Origin: a virus
IMG/VR virus record: IMGVR_UViG_3300022745_000423
Location: 1-31,969 of that record
Reading direction: 5' to 3' (one strand)
DNA length: 31,969 nt
The notes beneath the pieces were generated by a model, which saw only the letters and a program-made list of their open reading frames with translations, ran no database searches and was not told where the DNA came from. Below are positions 5,481-13,742 of the stretch, in pieces; within the stretch, counting starts at the first letter, position 1, and each line of letters starts with the position of its first letter. The position numbers and the translations under genes were made by a program.

Positions 5481-5687
5481 ATGGAAATCTTTTGGACAAT
5501 CGAAGAAGTCGCTAAGGAAGCCAAGTGCCACCATCGGACGGTACGCCGTGCCTTGGCCAAGGGAAAAATCATCCCGGACCCGGACGAAAGTCGCATCCGC
5601 CGTCGGTACATGTTTCCCCAAGCGGAAGCCTTGCGGTGGCTTTGTGTGGATACGCCCCAAGCTGTGATGAAGTATTTGAAGGACTAG
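5481..5687 (+). CDS. excisionase/AlpA-type helix-turn-helix DNA-binding protein (68 aa)
   Basis: ORF track. WTIEEVAKEAKCHHRTVRRALAKGKIIPDP...RRRYMFPQAEALRWL has the HTH, basic wing and C-terminal Trp layout typical of the excisionase family. Confidence 0.6.
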   Translation: MEIFWTIEEVAKEAKCHHRTVRRALAKGKIIPDPDESRIRRRYMFPQAEALRWLCVDTPQAVMKYLKD

Positions 5688-5690
5688 AAC

Positions 5691-5936
5691 ATGAACGATT
5701 TGGAAAAGAAGTTGGCGGCATGGGGGGAAGTGACAAGTGTTTGTTTCATCGTTTATGGGTTCCGCACCGAAATGCTTGTTGGAAACAATGGGCAAAGCAA
5801 ATCATGGGTGACGGAAGTTCCGCCCTTGTCCACGGAAGATCCAACCTTCGCCCCACAATGGGACCATTTGTTTGGGCATGATGTCCGTGCATGGATCAAT
5901 GGTGTGGACTTGAACAAAATCTGGGAAAACTTGTAG
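5691..5936 (+). CDS. hypothetical protein (81 aa)
   Basis: ORF track. The ATG lies 3 nt after the upstream TAG. No motif recognised. Confidence 0.5.
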   Translation: MNDLEKKLAAWGEVTSVCFIVYGFRTEMLVGNNGQSKSWVTEVPPLSTEDPTFAPQWDHLFGHDVRAWINGVDLNKIWENL

Positions 5937-5945
5937 GACTAAACG

Positions 5946-6899
5946 ATGCCACCACGTAAACGACAAACCGAAGCACAAGTCATCCTAGCCGCACTACGTC
6001 AACGGATGGTGGAACGGGAACTTTCCTACACCGCCGCCAAAGCGGACTACGAAGAAGCCGAAAGGTTGTATTCCCAACTTGGTCAAATCCGAACCCGCTT
6101 GGCCCATTTGGAATACCTTGCCACGGGGAACAAACGATTGACCCCGGCGGAAGAAGAACAAAGGGATTCCAACATCCCGTGTCCGACATGCCCGGATTTG
6201 AAACCTGATTTGGTCGCACCGGATGATTGTCCCGAATGCGAAGGGGAAGGCACGATTGAAGTCATCACCAACCCCCAAGGTGAAATGGATGCCCACAAGG
6301 CATGGGAAGAAATGACCGGGGAATGCCTTACCGAAGTTCACCACACCATCCCCGCCTTGACCAACAAGATTGAACCCATCGTACAAGAAGCCCGCAAAGC
6401 CGCATGTGCCCAAACCATGACGTTCAACCTTATTGAAATGGCTTCGGAGGATGACCCACAAACGACGGAAACCGTCTACGACATCTTGGCTAGCCTTACG
6501 GTGGCCGAAGCCACGCCTAGCCCAAGGTCGATGCCAAAACCCAACATGTTTGCCGATGGCATTCTTGATGTCCCCAAGGCCAAGAAGCCCAAAGTGGAAG
6601 TGTTTTCCCCGGCACCGCCCAAGCCCCAAATCATCGCCTATGCCGTGCAAAAGGCTTTCCCTTTGTCCATCCGCTTGATGGGTGAAATCAAATCCAACTT
6701 GACCCCGGATGATGACATCATCGAAACGGCGGAAACAACCTTTGAAGGTTCCCCCGAAGAACTGCGGGAAGCCTTTGCACAAGCCCAAACTTTATCGGAA
6801 CAAGCCCAAGCACATGGTTGGTCTGGTGAAATCATGGTCATCCAACACACCAAGGATACCGACGTTTGTTTGTGGTCCGCCAAATATTGCCGGGAATAA
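5946..6899 (+). CDS. hypothetical 317-aa protein with an N-terminal coiled coil, a CxxC...CxxCxGxG zinc ribbon and an acidic C-terminal half
   Basis: ORF track. CPTCPDLKPDLVAPDDCPECEGEG lies at about aa 79-102. No enzymatic motif recognised. Confidence 0.6.
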   Translation: MPPRKRQTEAQVILAALRQRMVERELSYTAAKADYEEAERLYSQLGQIRTRLAHLEYLATGNKRLTPAEEEQRDSNIPCPTCPDLKPDLVAPDDCPECEGEGTIEVITNPQGEMDAHKAWEEMTGECLTEVHHTIPALTNKIEPIVQEARKAACAQTMTFNLIEMASEDDPQTTETVYDILASLTVAEATPSPRSMPKPNMFADGILDVPKAKKPKVEVFSPAPPKPQIIAYAVQKAFPLSIRLMGEIKSNLTPDDDIIETAETTFEGSPEELREAFAQAQTLSEQAQAHGWSGEIMVIQHTKDTDVCLWSAKYCRE

Positions 6900-7525
6900 T
6901 GGGCATCGTCATCCGCCGCAAGGATCAGGTCATCAAGGACACCCGGCGTGGGCATTGGCCGGAAGGAACGCTTGGTGATTTTATCTGGCCACCATTGGAA
7001 CCATGGACCCTTGAACGGGTCATCAACTTGTTGGAACGACATCGTGCATGGGAAGGGCGGGACGATCCAAAACTTTCTACACCACGGGGTGGTTCCGCTA
7101 GCCGACCAAGAGTTCGTGACGATGCAACTCCTACCCGTAAAGGATGGAACCAGAAAAGCCGATTGGATCGCAAGCCCGAAAGCATGGCCAAGTTGACCAA
7201 GGAAGAACGCCGTGCCGCACATCAACGTGGATTACGGAAACGCTATGGGCCACCCTTGACACCCGAAGAACGTCGGGAACGCATCAACGCACGGGATCGG
7301 GCCAAACGTGCGGAACATCCATTACCGCCAAAGAAACCCAAAGCCGCCAAGCCACCGAAAGAGCCACAACCCAAGGCACAACCAAAGCCTTTTGTGCCGT
7401 TGACACCTGAAGAACGGAAAGCCCGTCATGCGGAACGTTCTCGCATCCGCCGTCAAAAGTTGAAAGAAGAACTGATCATCCTTCGGGAACTTACAAAGTC
7501 TGTTTTGCACGAAAAAGTTCACTAG
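6899..7525 (+). CDS. 208-aa basic protein with three LT(P/K)EER arginine-ladder repeats and a short C-terminal leucine zipper (bZIP-like)
   Basis: The track ORF starts at TTG 6866. I prefer ATG 6899, which overlaps the upstream TAA (6897-6899) as TAATG. The repeats are KLTKEERRAAHQRGLRKRY, PLTPEERRERINARDRAKR and PLTPEERKARHAERSRIRRQK. They are followed by LKEELIILRELTKSVL. Confidence 0.6.
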   Translation: MGIVIRRKDQVIKDTRRGHWPEGTLGDFIWPPLEPWTLERVINLLERHRAWEGRDDPKLSTPRGGSASRPRVRDDATPTRKGWNQKSRLDRKPESMAKLTKEERRAAHQRGLRKRYGPPLTPEERRERINARDRAKRAEHPLPPKKPKAAKPPKEPQPKAQPKPFVPLTPEERKARHAERSRIRRQKLKEELIILRELTKSVLHEKVH

Positions 7526-7590
7526 AACGTCTATAGGACCTGCATAGTAGATGAAGGGCCTAGGAATGGCCCACAACAAAGGGGAAGGAC

Positions 7591-8022
7591 ATGGACAAGG
7601 AAACCATCAGGCTAACAAAAAGAATGACCCAATGCCGCACCCGCACACGGGTGAAAGTGCTTCGTCGTGGGATGAACCGTGTCAAAGGGGTAGACATGGA
7701 CACCTTGGATTTGGTGATGCCCAATGGGACGAAGCAACAATGGTCGGTCAACGTGGCCAATCGGGATTGCAGGACAAACTGGAAATCGTTTACGGACGCC
7801 TTCAATGCACAAGTTGAACGCAATGGTGCGAATCCACCAGAAAAACCCGTGTATTTGTTTGTCACATCCCACATGAACCACAATAACTTTGAGGTGTTCA
7901 CATGGGAACCAACAACCAAAGAAGCACCACCTCCACCCCCGGAAGATCCAATCACCGATTGGTTTGGCCCCGCCAAACGCCCAACCTTTGAATGGGGGAT
8001 CACCGATGAAGACTTCCGCTAA
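7591..8022 (+). CDS. hypothetical protein (143 aa)
   Basis: ORF track. GGGGAAGGA lies upstream of the ATG. Basic N-terminus and a poly-Pro segment (PPPPPEDP). No motif recognised. Confidence 0.55.
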   Translation: MDKETIRLTKRMTQCRTRTRVKVLRRGMNRVKGVDMDTLDLVMPNGTKQQWSVNVANRDCRTNWKSFTDAFNAQVERNGANPPEKPVYLFVTSHMNHNNFEVFTWEPTTKEAPPPPPEDPITDWFGPAKRPTFEWGITDEDFR

Positions 8023-8206
8023 CGCCTTGGACCACATGGACGCCATCTTGGAACGCATCCAAGGGAACTTGGACTTGTTGATTGCACGCTACGAAGCCAA
8101 GCTTCCGCCACCGATGTCCCGTGCGGAATGCGAAGCTTTGTTGTTCAAAGTGGGCGATGCCATCCGAAAACAAGAAGCCCTTGCACGAAATGCACGAAAG
8201 AACTAA
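8006..8206 (+). CDS. hypothetical helical protein (66 aa)
   Basis: This is the internal ATG of track ORF 7889..8206. GGGGGA at 7995-8000 lies 5 nt upstream. It overlaps the upstream gene by 17 nt. The part of the track ORF before this ATG lies out of frame inside the preceding gene. Confidence 0.45.
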   Translation: MKTSANALDHMDAILERIQGNLDLLIARYEAKLPPPMSRAECEALLFKVGDAIRKQEALARNARKN

Positions 8207-8227
8207 CCTTTATAGCGGAGGAATCCT

Positions 8228-8683
8228 ATGACCCGTCGTTCCAAGCCCGTCCCAATCCCACCCGAAATCCTTCCAAACTTCGTCTTTACGCCGTTGGAAC
8301 AAACCAACCATGCAATCGATCAGGTGCGGAAGGCCAAGGATCTTCGTCCCGAAGACATCCCACCGGGGGAATGGGCCAAAGCTTCCATCATTACCGTGAT
8401 GACCACGACCAAACAAATCGTGGATTTCCTCGGACCCAAGGACACACCAAGGGGAACGCCACACCTGAAAGCGATCTATCGGATCACGAAGGAACTTCGG
8501 AAGCGTTTGTCGGATGACCCAACCTTGTGGGCGGATGCAATCGAAAGCCAAGACGACCCCCGCATCACCTATGCGTTCAAACACATTTTGGCATGGCGTC
8601 GTGCAACCCACCATTTGTTGCACCGTGCGACTACGGGCACACAACGCCGTCAATACGTCGAAGATTTCATGGGGGCTAGCTAA
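8228..8683 (+). CDS. hypothetical protein (151 aa)
   Basis: ORF track. A strong GGAGGA lies 6 nt upstream of the ATG. No motif recognised. Confidence 0.6.
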   Translation: MTRRSKPVPIPPEILPNFVFTPLEQTNHAIDQVRKAKDLRPEDIPPGEWAKASIITVMTTTKQIVDFLGPKDTPRGTPHLKAIYRITKELRKRLSDDPTLWADAIESQDDPRITYAFKHILAWRRATHHLLHRATTGTQRRQYVEDFMGAS

Positions 8684-8684
8684 G

Positions 8685-9095
8685 ATGCCCGGAAAGAACA
8701 AAACATCATCCAAGTTGGTACGTGCGGCAACAAACCGTCCAATCATTTTGAAGATGCGTTTGGAAGGTCATAGCCTTGATGACATCGCCGCCCATTTGGG
8801 TTTGGCACGTTCAACGGTTCACCAGAGCATTACCACGTCCTTGAACAAGCTACATGAAGAAGCATCTTCTAGTGCGGAACAAGTCCGTGCCTTAGAAGAT
8901 GCCCGTTTGGATGGGATGTTGAAAGCCATTCAACCAAAGGTTGACCAAGGTGATCCACGGGCTATTGATACGACCTTGCGTATCCAAGCAAGGCGTGCCG
9001 CCCTATGGGGTTTGGATTTGACCAAACCCATGGATTCGTTCGCCAAAGCGGTGACCGAACTTTTGTCTGCTGATAACGATGGAACCGAAACATGA
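8685..9095 (+). CDS. terS: putative terminase small subunit (136 aa, N-terminal HTH)
   Basis: This is the internal ATG of track ORF 8514..9095, 1 nt after the upstream TAA. ILKMRLEGHSLDDIAAHLGLARSTVHQSI is a sigma70-region-4/LuxR-like HTH and is followed by a helical oligomerisation-like region. It sits one small gene upstream of terL. The call is by position and motif. Confidence 0.5.
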   Translation: MPGKNKTSSKLVRAATNRPIILKMRLEGHSLDDIAAHLGLARSTVHQSITTSLNKLHEEASSSAEQVRALEDARLDGMLKAIQPKVDQGDPRAIDTTLRIQARRAALWGLDLTKPMDSFAKAVTELLSADNDGTET

Positions 9096-9373
9096 AGAAC
9101 TTGCACGTCAATCCCTTACAACACGCGGCACAAAAGATGTTGGCGAAGTTGGATGAAATCGATCCCGATGATGTATCCGCCATCACCTTGTCCGTGGTGT
9201 TGAATCCACCGGAAGAAGTGGATGAACCCGAAACCAAGGCGGAAGCTAAGAAGGAAGAAGTCACCGGGAAAGAACCCAACGGGAAACCTGAAGGGGAATA
9301 CAACGGTGCCGATGATGAAGCGGATGAACCCAAGGACAAGCCCAACGCTATTGGACCCAAGACCCGGAAGTAA
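9092..9373 (+). CDS. hypothetical acidic protein (93 aa)
   Basis: ORF track. ATGA overlap with the upstream stop. Glu/Asp/Lys/Pro-rich and of low complexity. Confidence 0.5.
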   Translation: MKNLHVNPLQHAAQKMLAKLDEIDPDDVSAITLSVVLNPPEEVDEPETKAEAKKEEVTGKEPNGKPEGEYNGADDEADEPKDKPNAIGPKTRK

Positions 9374-9376
9374 CAC

Positions 9377-11017
9377 TTGGAACCGTTCAAGCTATCCGTC
9401 CCCGCCGCGAAGGAAGTTTTGGAATGCAAACATTCGTTTGCTTGGTTTCGCCGTCATCTGAAAATCATCAACCGGGAAACATCCAAACTTGTTCGTTTCA
9501 AGTTGAATCGTGCCCAACTTGAACTAGAAGATTTCGCCAACAAGCATTCGTTCCGGTACATCTTGAAACCCCGGCAACGTGGTTCCACCACCTATTGGAT
9601 CGCACGGCTTTTCTGGAAGGCATTGTTATACAAGAACCATCGTAGCCTTATCGTGCTTCACACACACGATGCGGCTTTGAAGGTTTTCCAGATGGTGGAA
9701 AGGTTCTATGACAACCTTCCAGATCTTCTAAAAGTTCCTACCACCAAACGTTCCAATGGGGAGGTTATCTTCGCCCATGGTGGTGTGATCCGTGTGACAT
9801 CCGCCGAATCGGCATCGGCCCGGTCATCCACCTACAACGCCATCTTGATGTCCGAGTTCGCCCACTACGAACACGCCACGGAAGCCATTGCCGCTATTCT
9901 CCAAACCTTGACGGAAGATGGGGAAGTTACGTTGGAAACCACGGCGGCGGGCATCAACCATGCACAAAGGATGTGGTTGGATACGGCATCCGGGTTTGCC
10001 AAGCTGTTTTTGTCATGGCGGTATGACCCAGATTGTCGGGACAAGGTATTGGCACCGGGCGTGATCATCACATCCGTAGTCATGGACTTCGCCGCCGAAA
10101 ACAACCTAGATGAAGAACAAACAAACTGGATGGCTAGGACGCTTGCCCAAAAGTGTGCGGGTAACATCCGCATCTTTTGTCAGGAATACCCGCTAACGGC
10201 GGAAATGGCGTTCGTTTCATCCGGTGACCGCGTGTTCCCCCACTTGTCCTATCCCCATGGGGACGACAAACCTTGTGGCTTGATCACCTTGGAAAGCCCA
10301 TCCATCGGTCGGTGCGTGGTCCTTGGCGTGGATACGGCAAACGGGTCGCAACTTGGAGATGCATCCGCCCTTGTAGCTATTGACGTGGCAAACCGACAAC
10401 AACCCGTCCTATTGGAAACTTTCCAAGATCGATTGACCATCCCCGACTTTGCACAAGTGGCTTACAACATGGCAAAGAAATGGGATGCCCTTACGGTGGT
10501 GGAAACCAATGGTATTGGGCAAGGTACGTTGGACAACATGCGGCAAATGGGATGGGGTAAGTTCTACCGTAAGGTCAAGCACGACAAGATCGAAGATCGG
10601 TGGCAAGAAACCATCGGGTTCAACATGACCGAAGGGACCAAGGCGATTTTGGTGTCCAAGTTGCACCAATACATCGGCCAACGGATGTTGGTGAACGTCC
10701 ATCGGGAATACCGCCTACAAGCCCAAATCCAAGCGTGGCAATACGACGATAAGGGCAAACCGACCCACCCGCCGGGCCAACACGATGACCTTTTGATTGC
10801 GTGTGGCCTAGCCCTTTGTGGCATGGATGAAATCGGTATGTCCGAAGTGGAAGCCTCTGTGTATGCCAAACGCCCGGTTGGTGTGGATCAGATCCTTGCA
10901 TGGGAACATGCAACGGGGAACATCTACTATGGGAATGAAGATTTTGGGGATGACGCATCATCCAATGACCACCAACCCTTGCAATCGTTGCAAGATGTCC
11001 TTGGGGCAAGGTGGTGA
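9377..11017 (+). CDS. terL: terminase large subunit (546 aa)
   Basis: ORF track. Walker-A-like ILKPRQRGSTTYW and Walker-B-like AILMSEFAH. RNaseH-fold nuclease motifs VLGVDTANG and HDDLLIACGLAL. Size is typical. The only plausible start is TTG 9377, with GGAAG 6 nt upstream and no upstream in-frame ATG. Confidence 0.85.
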   Translation: MEPFKLSVPAAKEVLECKHSFAWFRRHLKIINRETSKLVRFKLNRAQLELEDFANKHSFRYILKPRQRGSTTYWIARLFWKALLYKNHRSLIVLHTHDAALKVFQMVERFYDNLPDLLKVPTTKRSNGEVIFAHGGVIRVTSAESASARSSTYNAILMSEFAHYEHATEAIAAILQTLTEDGEVTLETTAAGINHAQRMWLDTASGFAKLFLSWRYDPDCRDKVLAPGVIITSVVMDFAAENNLDEEQTNWMARTLAQKCAGNIRIFCQEYPLTAEMAFVSSGDRVFPHLSYPHGDDKPCGLITLESPSIGRCVVLGVDTANGSQLGDASALVAIDVANRQQPVLLETFQDRLTIPDFAQVAYNMAKKWDALTVVETNGIGQGTLDNMRQMGWGKFYRKVKHDKIEDRWQETIGFNMTEGTKAILVSKLHQYIGQRMLVNVHREYRLQAQIQAWQYDDKGKPTHPPGQHDDLLIACGLALCGMDEIGMSEVEASVYAKRPVGVDQILAWEHATGNIYYGNEDFGDDASSNDHQPLQSLQDVLGARW

Positions 11018-11069
11018 AAAATAACCACTTGCATACTATTTCCTGTTCCCCTATTCTTATCCACTAAGG

Positions 11070-11090
11070 GAACCACCTTAGCGGTGGTTC
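11070..11090 (+). terminator. hairpin after terL; weak intrinsic-terminator candidate
   Basis: GAACCACC (11070-11077), TTAGC loop, GGTGGTTC (11083-11090): a perfect 8-bp stem. It is followed only by TTC, so the U-tract is poor. Confidence 0.3.
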
Positions 11091-11140
11091 TTCAAACAAA
11101 CACGGTGCCGCCCACCTAAAGGGGCGTAAAGGTAGTAACC

Positions 11141-12061
11141 ATGGCGTCAATGCCCGATCGGGAATCCATCGTAGCCAAGATGGAACAACGGATGCAAGAA
11201 GGTCAAGTTCCGGCGGAACAAACGACCCCAACCCCATCCGATGTTGGTCAAGGGAATCAGAACCCACCGACGCAAAATGCCCAATCCACCGATGGTGGCC
11301 AAGCACAAAATGCGTCGGGTTCCGAAAGTGCCAAGAAACCTTATGGTGATGGAACCCCGAGCGGGTCAACCCAAGCACCAAAAGATTCGACGGCACCCAA
11401 AGCGAAGGAAGAACTTGATGAATCCGGGCACCCCGTGCCTTATGGTCGATTCAAGAACGTCATCCAAGCACGGAACGATTTGCGTAGTAAGTTGGATGCG
11501 GCAACCGCCAAGATCCAAGAATACGAAGCACGTTTGGCAAATGGACCCCAAGCCAACAAACCGCAACCCAAAGCCAAAGACCCGGTGGATCAATGGGTGG
11601 ATGATGTCCTTGGTAATGACCAAGAACAAAGCCCGACCAACAATCCATGGGAACCGGAACTTCGGACGACCAAGCAACAACTGCATGCAATCCAAACCCA
11701 CATTGAAGGGCAAAAGTTGAATGCGGAACTTGCAGACATCGCACAAAAGTTTCCCGGTGTACCACGACGGGCCTTATTGGAAGCGGTTGCGAAAGATTCA
11801 AAGGTGGATTTGTATGACCTTGCGGAACGGTTCCACACGGGCTACGAACAAATCCGCCAACAAGCCATTGCCGAATACCTTGCGGAACAAACCAAGGCGG
11901 GAACAATCCAACCACAAGCCAAAGCGGCACCACCTCCGGTGCCACCTACGGTGAAGACGGGTGGGCACATTAGCCCAAACGTCAATAGTGGAAGTGAACG
12001 TCCCCGTACCATGGCGGAAGCAAGGAAGCGTGCATTGGCCCGATTCGGCATTACGGAATAA
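11141..12061 (+). CDS. putative scaffolding protein (306 aa)
   Basis: ORF track. It lies immediately upstream of the capsid gene. It has a disordered Gln/Pro/Ser-rich N-terminus, a VPYGRFKNVIQARNDLRSKL motif resembling those I recall from phage scaffold proteins, and long helical segments. Confidence 0.6.
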   Translation: MASMPDRESIVAKMEQRMQEGQVPAEQTTPTPSDVGQGNQNPPTQNAQSTDGGQAQNASGSESAKKPYGDGTPSGSTQAPKDSTAPKAKEELDESGHPVPYGRFKNVIQARNDLRSKLDAATAKIQEYEARLANGPQANKPQPKAKDPVDQWVDDVLGNDQEQSPTNNPWEPELRTTKQQLHAIQTHIEGQKLNAELADIAQKFPGVPRRALLEAVAKDSKVDLYDLAERFHTGYEQIRQQAIAEYLAEQTKAGTIQPQAKAAPPPVPPTVKTGGHISPNVNSGSERPRTMAEARKRALARFGITE

Positions 12062-12101
12062 ACGACCCGTGGTAACCAATCCATCGGTCTAGGAAAAGAT
12101 C

Positions 12102-13379
12102 ATGGCTGCTTCCTTTTCGTCCCTTGGGGACATGCTTGAAGAAGATTACCTTGGTGTAATCGAAGATCAGTTGAACGAAGACGTATTCATGTGGGAACGC
12201 ATGGAAAAAGCTACGTGGACCCGCGAAGGTTCACACGCCATCGTCCCGTTGAAAGTTGCCCGTAACTCGGGTGTTGCCTTCACCGGTGGGGCTTTCCCAA
12301 CGGCGGGTGCCCAGCAAGTCAAGCGGATGGTGATCAATAGCAAGAAGCTTTACGGTTCCATTCAAATCCCCGGCGACATCATGGCGGCGGCGGACAAGGG
12401 CGGCACACATGCTTATGTGTCCGCCGTTGAACTTGAAATGGACGGCATCCGGGATGACATCGCCCGCAAGGCCAATACCGCCGTTTTCTCCGGTGGTCCT
12501 TGTGCCGGGTTTATCAATGAACACAAGAATCCGGGTGCGGCTGCCGATTGGCAGTTCCGGGGTGACATTGACAAGCTTGCGGCATTGGTTGCCGCCGGTG
12601 GTGCCCCCACCGTGTCCGTCATTCGTCTTGACACTTACGCCACCTTGTCCGCCGCCCTTGCGGTGAACTCGGTGAACGTGAATGCCTTGACGGTCAACTT
12701 GGATACGTTGAACACCAGTGCCGTTGGCACCGGGTTCGCGTGTGCCTTGGTGATTGACGGTGGTGATGCCACGTTCTTGGCCAACTTGGCTTTGGAACCC
12801 ACGGGCATCTACGGCAACTTGGCCCTCCCGACCCACTTTTCCATCGATCGCACGACGGCCACGGGTTTCCCGACGGTTCAATCGTCCATCGTCACGGCGA
12901 AGCAAACGGGTGACCATGCGGCACAGGATTTGACGGTTGCGAACATCGCCGCCGCCCTTTCCACCATTGTCCGCAAGGCCGGTTCCAAGGTTCGCCCCAA
13001 CGTGATTGTTTGCTCCCCCGAGCAGTTGAACAAGTACCAAGCGGTTGTCCAAGTGCAACTGCGGACGAACTTGGAAAACAAGAAGGGTGGTGCGGCCAAG
13101 CAGTTGGATGGTGGTCCGTTGTCCGTGTCCTACGCCGAAATCCCCTTGGTTGGGGACATCGGTTGCGGCTTGGGCATGATGATCTTCTACAACGAAGATT
13201 CGTGGAAGAAGGTCGAACTGAAGGCGGGCACCTTCAAGCAACCGGATGGCTTGACGTTCCGTCAAGTGATTTCGGGTGGTGTTGCCCAAGATGAATGGGC
13301 GGCATACTACTCGGCCTATTGGGACATCATCTGCAAGCGTCCCAATGCCAACTTGATTTTGGTTGGTTTGACGCCGTAA
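12102..13379 (+). CDS. major capsid protein (425 aa)
   Basis: ORF track. It follows the scaffold gene, and its size and Ala/Gly/Val-rich composition are typical. It is followed by the strongest hairpin in the genome. The fold was not verified. Confidence 0.7.
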   Translation: MAASFSSLGDMLEEDYLGVIEDQLNEDVFMWERMEKATWTREGSHAIVPLKVARNSGVAFTGGAFPTAGAQQVKRMVINSKKLYGSIQIPGDIMAAADKGGTHAYVSAVELEMDGIRDDIARKANTAVFSGGPCAGFINEHKNPGAAADWQFRGDIDKLAALVAAGGAPTVSVIRLDTYATLSAALAVNSVNVNALTVNLDTLNTSAVGTGFACALVIDGGDATFLANLALEPTGIYGNLALPTHFSIDRTTATGFPTVQSSIVTAKQTGDHAAQDLTVANIAAALSTIVRKAGSKVRPNVIVCSPEQLNKYQAVVQVQLRTNLENKKGGAAKQLDGGPLSVSYAEIPLVGDIGCGLGMMIFYNEDSWKKVELKAGTFKQPDGLTFRQVISGGVAQDEWAAYYSAYWDIICKRPNANLILVGLTP

Positions 13380-13393
13380 CCCAAAGGTTCTTA

Positions 13394-13432
13394 GTGGTGG
13401 GCCGGGACATCCTCCCCGTCCCGGCCCACCAC
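13394..13432 (+). terminator. 15-bp perfect GC-rich hairpin just after the capsid gene; terminator, attenuator or RNA-processing site
   Basis: GTGGTGGGCCGGGAC (13394-13408), 9-nt loop ATCCTCCCC, GTCCCGGCCCACCAC (13418-13432). It starts 15 nt after the stop codon. No T-run follows. Confidence 0.45.
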
Positions 13433-13475
13433 GGGTTCCGAACCGTCCCTATGGGGACACAATGGGTGTAACGGT

Positions 13476-13742
13476 ATGACGTGGTTCCTAATCAACATGT
13501 TGCTAGCCAGTGCCTTTGTGGCTTCCATTGTTGGGAACTACTTGTTGTTCCGTTACGCCTACCGAACGAAGAAAGCCCAAAGCGAAGCGGACAAGTACAT
13601 CCCCATCAATACGATGGCGGACTTGCAAGCGGTCAACGACATCCTTGGGCGTGGTGATGAACTTCCCATTGCCTATGGGGAAATGGACCTTCCCGACCCC
13701 AATACCGCATCTTGGCGGGAGGTGCCTTATGGCAACAACTGA
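13476..13742 (+). CDS. small membrane protein (88 aa, one N-terminal TM helix)
   Basis: ORF track. FLINMLLASAFVASIVGNYLLF, then a basic patch and a soluble tail. Confidence 0.5.
   Translation: MTWFLINMLLASAFVASIVGNYLLFRYAYRTKKAQSEADKYIPINTMADLQAVNDILGRGDELPIAYGEMDLPDPNTASWREVPYGNN

Noticed and set aside
11029-11057. Promoter-like TTGCAT, 17-nt spacer, TATTCT between terL and the scaffold gene.
   Set aside because: The hexamer match is moderate. It lies just upstream of the 11070-11090 hairpin, so the two interpretations conflict. Hexamer pairs of this quality are expected by chance.
11057-11065. DnaA-box-like TTATCCACT, an 8/9 match to TTATCCACA.
   Set aside because: It is a single copy. 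Several matches with at most one mismatch are expected by chance in 64 kb of two-strand sequence, and there is no cluster or adjacent AT-rich unwinding element.
11241-11720. Alternative-frame + strand ORFs inside real genes. Examples: 11241..11720 (159 aa), 18354..18983 (209 aa), 22524..22928, 23587..24015, 5525..5881 and 8128..8517.
   Set aside because: They overlap stronger ORFs that have proper starts and sensible protein composition. Their products are Arg/Pro/Cys/Trp-rich, and many begin at non-ATG codons without an RBS. They are most simply explained by the stop-poor composition.
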